64,000 nt of DNA from a virus (IMGVR_UViG_3300031965_000015:6530-70529); one strand, 5' to 3'; positions 18,265 to 26,383 are shown, counted from the first letter of the stretch. Numbers and translations: made by a program. The notes: a model not told the origin generated them from the letters alone.

Positions 18265-18848
18265 ATCCAATACCCGTATATTTTTAGAATATGCTCCTTA
18301 AATTCTTCTACATTGAATGAGTTTTTCATCCAGTTACAATGTTTACAGCAAGGGACTGAGTTATGTCTCGTATATCCATATTTATTATCCAACCTATCTA
18401 TCCCATTAAATTTTAATATAAAATCAGTTACTTTATAATGTTTACCATTGACAGTTCTTTCGTCTTTCACAGTATTACTTCCATCTACTCCACAATAAAA
18501 ACAGGGACTAAGTGATATAAGTTTAAATTCGGGGAGACTTAAAATTTTACCATAATATTTTTTCTTTTTATGCCTCGATTTCAATCTTCCGTATTCTCCC
18601 TCTAATAACTTTTCCTTCCTATCAAAGTTTCTATTCTTAACATATCTGGAATCTCTCAACAGGCAACCACAACTTTTAGATTTCCCGCTTCTTAAAGATT
18701 CCCCTGTCACTGTATGTTCCTTACCGCAATCGCAAACACATTCCCATTTCAACTGGTTCTTGTTCCCCCTTTTATCAGAGACGCCAACCACTTCAAGTTT
18801 ACCGAATTTCAATCCAACTAAATTTTTTACGTTTAAATGTAATTTCAT
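18252..18848 (-). CDS. Free-standing HNH homing endonuclease
   Basis: GLKFGKLEVV...WECVCDCG...KSCGC; CFYCG...NGIDRLDN...NSVPCCKHCNWMK. Confidence 0.82.
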   Translation of the reverse strand: MKLHLNVKNLVGLKFGKLEVVGVSDKRGNKNQLKWECVCDCGKEHTVTGESLRSGKSKSCGCLLRDSRYVKNRNFDRKEKLLEGEYGRLKSRHKKKKYYGKILSLPEFKLISLSPCFYCGVDGSNTVKDERTVNGKHYKVTDFILKFNGIDRLDNKYGYTRHNSVPCCKHCNWMKNSFNVEEFKEHILKIYGYWICKG

Positions 18849-19519
18849 AAGTACCCGTATTTTTGAGGCGGGAATAAAACCTCTTGTTTAATATACTGTT
18901 GGAATCTTTTTTCAGAGGCACAATAATAATCTTCGTCTATTTCATATCCAGTAAAATCAAAACCCATATCCCAGCACGCAATTCTTGAACTACCCGAACC
19001 TACGTGAGTGTCTAATATTTTATCATTTGGTTTTGCGTATTTGGTTAAGAGCCATTTGTAGAGGGCTACTGGTTTTTGAGTTGGATGGATATTAACACCT
19101 AAGAATCCTCTATCCTCATTTGTCATTCGTTCATATACCAAGACCCTACTGTTAAATGATGTCCAAGCTAATTCTGCTTGTGATAAAGTGAATTCATACG
19201 GGACTTTATACCAAATAACCCAACATCTACTTGAGGATAAAAATTCTGTGAAATAATTCCCTCCCCAGATAATTTGGTTTTTAGATACTCGTAACAATTC
19301 ATCAAAATATTCTTTATGAGGTATTTCCCTATCCCATTTTTTCTGTTCATATATCTGCCATCCATTTCTATCTTTTACTGTTGCCCCCTTTATTTTCTTA
19401 TCGGCATAATCTATCCCATAAGGCGGGTCAACTATAGCCAAATCGAAGTACTTATCAGGATAGCTCGGCATACCCTTTTCTTTATCCATACAATCTATGT
19501 TTAGGAATAGATTATCCAT
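18845..19519 (-). CDS. DNA methyltransferase (N4-C/N6-A, beta class)
   Basis: LAIVDPPYG, HPTQKP, LDTHVGSGSS, GYEID. Confidence 0.92.
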   Translation of the reverse strand: MDNLFLNIDCMDKEKGMPSYPDKYFDLAIVDPPYGIDYADKKIKGATVKDRNGWQIYEQKKWDREIPHKEYFDELLRVSKNQIIWGGNYFTEFLSSSRCWVIWYKVPYEFTLSQAELAWTSFNSRVLVYERMTNEDRGFLGVNIHPTQKPVALYKWLLTKYAKPNDKILDTHVGSGSSRIACWDMGFDFTGYEIDEDYYCASEKRFQQYIKQEVLFPPQKYGYL

Positions 19520-19520
19520 T

Positions 19521-19769
19521 TTACTCCTGAATTATAAAATCTTCCAACCGCTTTTCTTTGACAAGCCAATCAGCTATATAAAGTCTGTTGTCAAGTATGC
19601 GGGCTTGGCTCTTGGGAATCCACTCGATTATTCCTTCAGGAAAGAGTATCTGCCAAGCCTTCTCTCTTTCCTGTAGGATTTTATCAAAGTTTAATTCTGG
19701 TGCGTCTGCTACATTCATATCAGAACACCTATGATAAGACCAATAATAATTCCAAACAAAGTGAACCAA
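19521..19769 (-). CDS. Hypothetical protein (start probably MNVAD)
   Basis: ORF track. Confidence 0.5.
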   Translation of the reverse strand: MVHFVWNYYWSYHRCSDMNVADAPELNFDKILQEREKAWQILFPEGIIEWIPKSQARILDNRLYIADWLVKEKRLEDFIIQE

Positions 19770-19936
19770 GTAATTTCTCTATATAAGAAATCAATGGTTA
19801 CTACTTCTTTAATCTGATAATGGTCGTCTTTATTATATTCTTCTTTGTGCAATTCAGTTATTCTTTTTTCTTTGTGTCCATACCCCAATACTTCATTATG
19901 AATGTTCATTATAACAAACCAAGTTTTCATACTCAT
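19715..19936 (-). CDS. Hypothetical protein with C-terminal TM segment
   Basis: ORF track. Confidence 0.5.
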   Translation of the reverse strand: MSMKTWFVIMNIHNEVLGYGHKEKRITELHKEEYNKDDHYQIKEVVTIDFLYREITWFTLFGIIIGLIIGVLI

Positions 19937-20160
19937 CTCTTATTTATATAAAATTCTAAATGGCTCTCTGGAATATTCTTCATACACATTCTCCCAAACC
20001 TGATTTCATTCACTACCTTTATCATTACTTTGTAGAAAATTATTATTGATATAATGGCTGCCAACATTGTAATGCCATCTACCGGCTCAGTTAAGATATA
20101 ATACAAAGGTGCTATTGGGAGTAAAATGTTTTTCATAGACCAGCAACCTCTTTTTCCCAT
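19933..20160 (-). CDS. Hypothetical membrane protein
   Basis: ORF track. Confidence 0.45.
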   Translation of the reverse strand: MGKRGCWSMKNILLPIAPLYYILTEPVDGITMLAAIISIIIFYKVMIKVVNEIRFGRMCMKNIPESHLEFYINKR

Positions 20161-20375
20161 TCTATTTTATCACGATCAAGAAAGAAATTTTCAAGAATGT
20201 CCCTCGTAACCTTAGATTCTGTTTGCTTTAATTCTCTTGCTAAACTTTTTATTTTGTCTAAAAGTTCTTCCGACAACCGGATATTAAGAGAAGGATATTT
20301 TTGTCTCACATTATTTTGTTTCACAGAACTTTTATCTCTCTTAAATCTGCCGTAATAATGAAAATTTTCCATCAT
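20133..20375 (-). CDS. Arc/ribbon-helix-helix DNA-binding protein
   Basis: SLNIRLSEELLDKIKSLARE...SKVTRDILENFF. Confidence 0.75.
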   Translation of the reverse strand: MMENFHYYGRFKRDKSSVKQNNVRQKYPSLNIRLSEELLDKIKSLARELKQTESKVTRDILENFFLDRDKIEWEKEVAGL

Positions 20376-20400
20376 TTATTCCTTTCGGTATAAGTAGTAG

Positions 20401-21087
20401 TTAGCTTGACTGCATTGCCTCTCGTTTCAAGTCTCTCATTTTTTGTTGATAAGCAGTCCAGCTTCCAATCCTTCGCCAATTATAAATATGGTTTAATGCC
20501 CCGTGGTGCATCGCTCCTGAACAATCCTCAACCCCTTCCATCATTGCTTTTTCTAATTCTTTAGCATCTTTGTTTTCAGTGGTTGCAACTCCAAAAATTT
20601 TGGGGCTTGCTTTTACTTCGGGATGTACGTCTGGATGTTCACTCCACCATTTGCATCCTTGAGATACCATTTTCCGGCAAGCTCTTTCATAATCAGAGTG
20701 GAATCCGCTAATCTCTCTCATATCATCCGTCCATTCAAATCCTTCAATTTGCGGTTCTGGATTTATCGGTTCTAATAATCTTCGTGCTTCTTCAACTAAA
20801 TATTCTTCGTGTTGCTTCTCATCCTCTGCACGCTGCTCATCAATAGTCTTGTAATAAACTTCCGCACCATCCAAAAACAACCCTCTCACTGTATAACCAA
20901 TTCCCTTACCGTAAAATCTTGCTTCCATTCCAACTTTTGGTTTTATCGGTGAATCTTCTTTTACTCCGAAGCTCCAACCATCATCACACTTAAACCAACC
21001 GCCTTCGCTAACTTCTGTAATTGTTTTAATTTCAAATTCCAGATCATCTTTAGGAAACATTTTGCACCTTCCTTCTGTGCCCGGCAA
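20401..21087 (-). CDS. Hypothetical protein (cassette 1; start may be MFPKD at 21060)
   Basis: ORF track; stop lies in GTTAGC at 20400. Confidence 0.7.
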   Translation of the reverse strand: MPGTEGRCKMFPKDDLEFEIKTITEVSEGGWFKCDDGWSFGVKEDSPIKPKVGMEARFYGKGIGYTVRGLFLDGAEVYYKTIDEQRAEDEKQHEEYLVEEARRLLEPINPEPQIEGFEWTDDMREISGFHSDYERACRKMVSQGCKWWSEHPDVHPEVKASPKIFGVATTENKDAKELEKAMMEGVEDCSGAMHHGALNHIYNWRRIGSWTAYQQKMRDLKREAMQSS

Positions 21088-21094
21088 TGCAGCA

Positions 21095-21225
21095 AGCTAA
21101 CAAGCTACTGTAGCTGACTTGCTTAAAGTGTCGGGCAATTTTAATTTGTTAATATGTTTAGTTAATAAGTTCATTCTAAATTCGTTTTTAATAACGCAAG
21201 CAGCTAAGTAGCCACTCCGTTATGT
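21095..21225 (+). other. attC-like site A (131 bp)
   Basis: TAAC-AA-GCTACT[G]TAGCTG[A]CTTGC ... GCAAG-CAGCTA-AGTAGC-CACTCC-GTTAT. Confidence 0.85.
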
Positions 21226-21360
21226 AGAAACTTTGGCTCGCTTTTTCAACCAAACTACATTCTTAAATAGTGAAACCCATTCTCCAGTAACATCCTTAAT
21301 TTCACATCCAACATTTAGCGAATAGGCTATTCTCCAGAGCTTCCATTTATACCAAATCAT
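21220..21360 (-). CDS. Small cassette ORF (46 aa, not in ORF track)
   Basis: MIWYKWKLWRIAYSLNVGCEIKDVTGEW...KVST*; stop in the R' box of site A. Confidence 0.6.
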   Translation of the reverse strand: MIWYKWKLWRIAYSLNVGCEIKDVTGEWVSLFKNVVWLKKRAKVST

Positions 21361-21692
21361 TTTTCCTCCTTAAATTGTTCGTCTAAATCTCTCATCCTTG
21401 CGTGCGGGTTAAAATCTGTATTCCTACCGCCAAAGTTCTGCATAACACGTGCTTCAACCGGAAGGCTATTGATGTTCACCCACTTGTTCCCAACTTTAGT
21501 ATAAATTCTTATTCTAAATCCTTCTCCAAAAAAAGGTTCGGCTCCGGCATCCCAACTATGCGGTTCAAGCTGACTGCTAATAGCGTCCCGAATTATTTCT
21601 TCTAATTTTCCGAAAGTATTTATATCTGTTTTGATGGGGAAGCTATAATTACCCCCCTTCATATTTGTTATTGTTATACTGTAAACGTTCAT
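21357..21692 (-). CDS. Cassette ORF starting inside attC B
   Basis: Reads through the attC arm (SSQLEP). Confidence 0.7.
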   Translation of the reverse strand: MNVYSITITNMKGGNYSFPIKTDINTFGKLEEIIRDAISSQLEPHSWDAGAEPFFGEGFRIRIYTKVGNKWVNINSLPVEARVMQNFGGRNTDFNPHARMRDLDEQFKEEK

Positions 21693-21747
21693 AAATTTAT
21701 TTCCTTTCTATTTTTTCCGCAGCAGCTTAACCGCCACAGCGTTATAG
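21550..21747 (+). other. attC-like site B (198 bp)
   Basis: CAAC-TATG-CGGTT[C]AAGCTG[A]CTGC ... GCAG-CAGCTT-AACCG-CCACAGC-GTTAT. Confidence 0.85.
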
Positions 21748-22431
21748 GGACAACCGCATTTGGTTTTCATAATTTTTTAATCTTTGTTTGTAAATGTCAA
21801 TCTATGCCGGATTCAATTCTGCCCCGATGTAACTTCGTTCTAAATGTTTGCAAGCTATGGCAGTTGTTCCTGTCCCCATAAAACCGTCAAAGACAATTTG
21901 CCCTTTGCTTGTAAAGTAATTCAAAATCCTCTGCGTAAGTTTTAATGAAGTTAATCCTGGATGAGGAAATCTTTCTTCTCTAAAAAAATATCCTTCACCC
22001 GGCATTTTCACATCCCACCACAAATCATAAATTGTATTATTCGGTTTAGCTGTTACTAAAAATCCACAGTATTGCCGATAGTAATCTTTGAACGGTGTTC
22101 CGATTGCTCCTTTGCGGACCACAATAAGTTTTGCATCTGGCATCAAATCCCAATAACCTTTTATTAAATCTGCACCCACAAACATTCCAAAATTGTTATT
22201 ACTAATTCGTTTGTATTCTGCTATAAATTCTTTTACCCAATTCCAGTATTCATCGGCGGGCAAATTGTCTTTATACACGCCATAATCCTTCCCTTTATTG
22301 TAAGGTGGATCGCTGAACGCAAAATTAACAGAGCAATCCGGCATACATTTTAGCACTTCCATTAAATCAAAATTGTGCACAATGTCCTGCGGTTGCCCTA
22401 TAACTACGGTTCCAAGTTGACCGCCTTTCAT
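21742..22431 (-). pseudogene. DNA methyltransferase (DPPY, beta class) cassette with in-frame TAG at 21802-21804
   Basis: FSDPPYN, FPHP, FDGFMGTGTT; ...GAELNPA*IDIYKQRLKNYENQMRLSL* continues in frame to the TAA in the R' box of site B. Confidence 0.75.
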
Positions 22432-22631
22432 TTTCTTCCTTCTTGGAGTTTTTCCATTTCTTCAACACATTCCGTTACCATATTGGAAGTTCCACGATCT
22501 ACTTCACCCATATCAATATCATCTTTTATACTTAATAGAACCGATATGACTTTCTCAATAATTTCTTTTTCTTGTTTTTTAGTCATTGTAATTCCCTTTC
22601 CGGCGGCAACTTAAACCGCACAGCGTTATGC
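22398..22631 (+). other. attC-like site C (234 bp)
   Basis: TAAC-TA-CGGTTC[C]AAGTTG[A]CCGCC ... GGCGG-CAACTT-AAACCG-CACAGC-GTTAT. Confidence 0.85.
22428..22586 (-). CDS. 52-aa ORF lying entirely inside the loop of attC C
   Basis: MTKKQEKEIIEKVISVLL...QEGRK*; RBS AAAGGG; ATGA-coupled to the MTase. Confidence 0.6.
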   Translation of the reverse strand: MTKKQEKEIIEKVISVLLSIKDDIDMGEVDRGTSNMVTECVEEMEKLQEGRK

Positions 22632-22639
22632 CGCTTGTC

Positions 22640-22915
22640 TCATATATAGCAGTATCCAGGTTCACAAAGGTCATTGGGTGCGCCCTCATTAAATAATTCT
22701 CCTTGCTTTAATTTTTCTTCATACTTACCAGTGTGTATTCTAAGATTAAAGTTGTATGGCGGAGAAGTCACCACGCACCCGATAGACGGCAAGCTATCAA
22801 TCTTGGTTAGGCAGTCATCGTTGTATAGGGTTATTCCATCTATACTAAACGGCACATAACTCGCAACTCTACCCGAATTATTATCTTGGTCTGTCAATTT
22901 TATTTTTTCATCCAT
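22640..22915 (-). pseudogene. Internally deleted DNA methyltransferase (SPPY) cassette
   Basis: ITLYNDDCL...VVTSPPYN, then jumps to a C-tail-like KLKQGELF; motif I absent. Confidence 0.7.
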
Positions 22916-22984
22916 TAAAATTTATTCTCTAATTTTATTTTGTAAGCAACTACCATAATCGGGTAAGTTGCCATACTGTTATGC
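22854..22984 (+). other. attC-like site D (131 bp)
   Basis: CATAAC-TC-GCAACT[C]TACCCG[A]AT ... AT-CGGGTA-AGTTGC-CATACT-GTTATG. Confidence 0.85.
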
Positions 22985-23389
22985 CTCACGCTGGCTTGCT
23001 TCAATTATTTCAATCAAAGTTTTTGCTTTATTATCCCAATCCTTTTTGTTTAGCTGGTAATATTGTTCTGCGGTCATATTTCTTAGGGATGAATTTCCTA
23101 TACCAACCTCTGCCCCTGTCCACATTATGCTTATTAAATATTTTGCTAATTTCTCTTGTAAGTTCCCGCCAGCTACCACTTCGTTAGGCACAACTGGCGG
23201 TTCAAGCTGACTGCTAACAGCCTTCTGTATTTTTGCAAATTCACTCTTATGTAATTTTACAATTATCTGCCTAACAGCATCATCAATTTTTATGTTTATA
23301 AAATCTCCCTCGTTTTCATCCATTGATGTAACAAGATTTTTCCATACCTCCCAATTCTCAAACCTTCCCTTAAATGTTATTGTTGCCAT
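22979..23389 (-). CDS. Cassette ORF starting inside attC E
   Basis: SSQLEPPVV read-through; stop in the R' box of site D. Confidence 0.7.
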   Translation of the reverse strand: MATITFKGRFENWEVWKNLVTSMDENEGDFINIKIDDAVRQIIVKLHKSEFAKIQKAVSSQLEPPVVPNEVVAGGNLQEKLAKYLISIMWTGAEVGIGNSSLRNMTAEQYYQLNKKDWDNKAKTLIEIIEASQREA

Positions 23390-23444
23390 AATTTATTTTC
23401 CTTTCTTATAATTCCGCAGCAGCTTAACCGCCACAGCGTTATTT
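23188..23444 (+). other. attC-like site E (257 bp)
   Basis: CAAC-TGG-CGGTT[C]AAGCTG[A]CTGC ... GCAG-CAGCTT-AACCG-CCACAGC-GTTAT. Confidence 0.85.
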
Positions 23445-23750
23445 TGACTTACAATATTTTTCAAGTCCATAATCGCCTAACACAAATCTCAAACTTGACG
23501 CTAAAGAATCTTCCATTCTGCCATCATCTTCTGCTTCATCAATTTGGTCTATTGCTCCTTTTATAGCATTCTTCCAATACTCTAATTCACGCAAAATAAC
23601 CAACGGTTCAAGCTGACTGGCTTTGTATAGTCGCATAATTAGCCATTGTTCCAGAGGGCTTGTATCGGTAGTGCCCCTAACAATTTCTCCATTTTCGTCA
23701 GCATATTGTTTTAATATTTTAATAGCAAACTCTACTTTTTTATTCTCCAT
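23439..23750 (-). CDS. Cassette ORF starting inside attC F
   Basis: ASQLEPLVI read-through; stop in the R' box of site E. Confidence 0.7.
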   Translation of the reverse strand: MENKKVEFAIKILKQYADENGEIVRGTTDTSPLEQWLIMRLYKASQLEPLVILRELEYWKNAIKGAIDQIDEAEDDGRMEDSLASSLRFVLGDYGLEKYCKSK

Positions 23751-23807
23751 AAATTTAATCTCCTTTCTTAAAATGTCGCCAGCAGCTTAACCGCAACTGC
23801 GTTATAA
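23594..23807 (+). other. attC-like site F (214 bp)
   Basis: TAAC-CAA-CGGTT[C]AAGCTG[A]CTGGC ... GCCAG-CAGCTT-AACCG-CAACTGC-GTTAT; compensatory change relative to B and E. Confidence 0.85.
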
Positions 23808-24017
23808 TTGGTAGCCCTCTGGATATTTTGTTGATAATGGTCTGTAATTTTCATCAGCAGGTTTACCACATTGCTTGCACTTCATTCTTGGGATAACATT
23901 CTGGTGGAAGTTGGCATCATCATAACCAGTCCCTCTTTCTATATGCCCGCAATGTTCACATTCATAAATTGCCCAGAAATCTCTACGGCTTTGCGATTCA
24001 ATAGTTTTAATTTTCAT
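23802..24017 (-). CDS. Zinc-ribbon protein
   Basis: YECEHCG...KCKQCG; stop in the R' box of site F. Confidence 0.7.
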   Translation of the reverse strand: MKIKTIESQSRRDFWAIYECEHCGHIERGTGYDDANFHQNVIPRMKCKQCGKPADENYRPLSTKYPEGYQL

Positions 24018-24083
24018 ACTATAACTTTCTTAAATGTAATTTTTTCTTTCATTGCTTCTCCCAGGGTGGTTTTATATCTGTCT

Positions 24084-24452
24084 TCAATTATCACTCTGAT
24101 ATTTTAAGTAACTTAATTGAGATCGTAATCCATCCATTTGATGAACACAGGCAGCCTCAAGTCTTTCTGCATATCTCAGGGCTTTAATTTCTCTATGACA
24201 TTTATCTTCAATCTTTATTTTTAATAGAGTAGCGTTAATCTTCGGATTATCTTCCATCACTTCTTCAGAGGCTCTTGCTTTAGCATTTAAGAGTATTGAT
24301 TCGGCAGTAGCGACTATTTCAGGAAGTCTTGCATGGTAGCCATTTATAAATTTTATTCTTTCAGTCAGATTGACGCCTTCCATACCGTAATCAGATTTTA
24401 AGAAATCACTTATATCTGTAATCTCTTTGAATATGTTTATTAGTAAGTCCAT
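24084..24452 (-). CDS. Helical recombination-module protein (UvsY-like?)
   Basis: Coiled-coil ending DGLRSQLSYLK; adjacent to SSB-like and Gp157 genes. Confidence 0.45.
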   Translation of the reverse strand: MDLLINIFKEITDISDFLKSDYGMEGVNLTERIKFINGYHARLPEIVATAESILLNAKARASEEVMEDNPKINATLLKIKIEDKCHREIKALRYAERLEAACVHQMDGLRSQLSYLKYQSDN

Positions 24453-25084
24453 TAGAATGGCAAATCCTCATTATCTGCAACTTGCAAACTTTCTTTAGTA
24501 ACCTTATGAGAAGGGTCAACAGCTTCTCTATATTCTGCCGATGTTTTAATTTTATCTCTTAACCACTCAGGTAATTTTTCAAATTTGGATTGGTCAAAAG
24601 GCGTATAAGTAAATTCAAAATTATCATTGATCTGTGCAGGGCAATCTAAGCCTTTAGGTAACGCTGAGGCACTACTTATTTCAGCATAGGTTTTTCCCTG
24701 TTTGCTCGTTTTGTGTATCACTGAGAGCATACACGGCTTTCCTAATAGCTTTGTAATATCAAACAGCTTTGCTTCATCTTCAGAAAACCCCTTGCCTCTC
24801 CAGGATTCAAGAAATTTTCTTAGATTAGCTTTCTCATGCATTGAAAGAGTAAAATCTTTTGATACCGAAAAAGGTTGTTCACCATTTTCTTCTTTGAATA
24901 CCTTTAACTCAGTAGGTAACTCCCAAGAAATTCTTACTTTATTAACTTCCTTTTCCTCACCCATATAATCCTGTGAGATAGTTCCTATATGAACCATTGA
25001 ATAACATCTCGCCACATAAGTCCCTGCATTTACTATTTCAAAACTATTGCCAGATGAACTTGCATTTATCATTTTATTCTCCAT
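24452..25084 (-). CDS. Phage ssDNA-binding protein-like (OB fold, acidic DDLPF-type tail)
   Basis: GTYVARCYSMVHIGT, LRKFLESWRGK, LLGKPCMLSV, C-terminal EDLPF. Confidence 0.7.
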   Translation of the reverse strand: MENKMINASSSGNSFEIVNAGTYVARCYSMVHIGTISQDYMGEEKEVNKVRISWELPTELKVFKEENGEQPFSVSKDFTLSMHEKANLRKFLESWRGKGFSEDEAKLFDITKLLGKPCMLSVIHKTSKQGKTYAEISSASALPKGLDCPAQINDNFEFTYTPFDQSKFEKLPEWLRDKIKTSAEYREAVDPSHKVTKESLQVADNEDLPF

Positions 25085-25578
25085 TATTTTATTTGAATAT
25101 TATTCCTTTTAATTAACTTAAATCCTTCCGGTAAAGTTCCGGTAGATTTATAAATCTCTTTAGCTTTCTCTTTACTTGGCTCATATTTAATTCTTACCAA
25201 CTCAGGTCTTTTCAAAGCCAGCTCTTCAAGATCAATCAATTCATCAACTTCAATAGATTCTGATTTTCTAAATGAGATTGAATAATTAACACCTTCAATT
25301 TTTTCTTCCGGTATATTAGATTGTAAATATCTTTCTAACCAGTCAGCATTTCTTTCAACTGCTTTTTTCTTAGCCTGTAAAGTTTTAATCTCATCTGCTA
25401 TTGATCTTGAAAATGAATTAAGGTTTTTAACTTTCAATGCTATGTTGCCAACCTTTTCAACCTTATCCATTTCAAGCTTCTGTAAAGCCTCAGAAACACC
25501 TTCCGGTATCTCCCCTGTCTCAAAGTCAACTTCATCTAAGAGAATATCAATCTCTTTTTTTATTTCGTAAAGTTTCAT
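25084..25578 (-). CDS. Siphovirus Gp157-family protein
   Basis: MKLYEI...DFETGEI...KVGNIALKVKNL...ISFRKSESIEV. Confidence 0.85.
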   Translation of the reverse strand: MKLYEIKKEIDILLDEVDFETGEIPEGVSEALQKLEMDKVEKVGNIALKVKNLNSFSRSIADEIKTLQAKKKAVERNADWLERYLQSNIPEEKIEGVNYSISFRKSESIEVDELIDLEELALKRPELVRIKYEPSKEKAKEIYKSTGTLPEGFKLIKRNNIQIK

Positions 25579-25820
25579 ATACCTTCCTCATTTAATTCAA
25601 AAAACTTTTTACTATTCTCTGCTTTTAATAAAGCCTTAACATCATCAATATTTATTTCTCTGGTTATTAAACTTCCAAATGGTCTTTCTTCCAACGAAAT
25701 AAAGCAAGGCCTGTTGTCGTGCTTTTTGTCAGTCCGGTTAATCATCCGGTTTATCCTGCGATAAGCCTGGGCGTCATTCTCTGCTATTAGTTCAAAGGAT
25801 ATAGTGGCGGTGTATTTCAT
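25575..25820 (-). CDS. Hypothetical protein
   Basis: ORF track. Confidence 0.55.
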   Translation of the reverse strand: MKYTATISFELIAENDAQAYRRINRMINRTDKKHDNRPCFISLEERPFGSLITREINIDDVKALLKAENSKKFFELNEEGI

Positions 25821-26078
25821 TTATACACCATAACTTTCTGTAACTACATAATCACAATCGCAGCATATTTCGCTGAATGAAGTATGGTCTCTACAATCAG
25901 GGCAATACTGCATATCTAACATATCTCCAGTTGCTTCTCTGCCACACATATCGCAACAGATTACAGTTTCGTTGTGCATACAGAATTTCGAGTCAACATC
26001 TTCCAATAGTTCTTCCTGTAATTCTTTTTCGTTCTCCACGGTCTCATCTTTGTAGTTTTGTTTTTCTTCTTGCGTCAT
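25821..26078 (-). CDS. Cys-rich putative zinc-binding protein
   Basis: CCDMCG, YCPDC, CCDCD. Confidence 0.55.
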   Translation of the reverse strand: MTQEEKQNYKDETVENEKELQEELLEDVDSKFCMHNETVICCDMCGREATGDMLDMQYCPDCRDHTSFSEICCDCDYVVTESYGV

Positions 26079-26359
26079 TTCTTTTCTGCCTCCAGTCTTT
26101 CGTTTGCAAATTTCAGAAGTTCCCCGTGATAAATTTCATCATTAAGTTCAAGGTTTAATTTCTCTATCACCTTTTCTAATTCCTGTTTTTCCAATATTAT
26201 CCTGTTAAGTTTTACTACCAGCTTTCCGTAATCTGAATTTGTTTTGAATAAAGTATTTCTTAACGCCTCTATCTCTGCATCTTTCTCGTTTTTTATCGAA
26301 AAGAGATGATGAAGAATTATTATTATTAAGAGCCCGAGTATTGCTATGATGTATTCCAT
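26075..26359 (-). CDS. TM plus coiled-coil protein
   Basis: ORF track. Confidence 0.55.
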   Translation of the reverse strand: MEYIIAILGLLIIIILHHLFSIKNEKDAEIEALRNTLFKTNSDYGKLVVKLNRIILEKQELEKVIEKLNLELNDEIYHGELLKFANERLEAEKK

Positions 26360-26383
26360 TTTACAATGCCTCTATAAAAGATT

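Larger units (their letters stand above)
20400..23807 (+). mobile_element. Array of integron-type gene cassettes (six attC-like sites, no integrase in window; genes antisense to attC)
   Basis: Six YAAC...GTTA imperfect inverted repeats, each with two extrahelical bases; cassette ends self-complementary; cassette genes stop at the TAA inside GTTA. Confidence 0.85.

Noticed and set aside
18124-18900. Group I intron splitting a methyltransferase
   Set aside because: The upstream MTase is complete and the HNH ORF abuts both neighbours, leaving no room for a ribozyme core.
20400-23807. CRISPR array or REP/terminator interpretation of the repeated AGCTTAACCG/CGGTTCAAGCT motifs
   Set aside because: Spacing is irregular (hundreds of bp) and gene-sized. 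The repeats are paired inverted arms with extrahelical bases and AAC/GTT boxes, and there are no cas genes or U-tracts.
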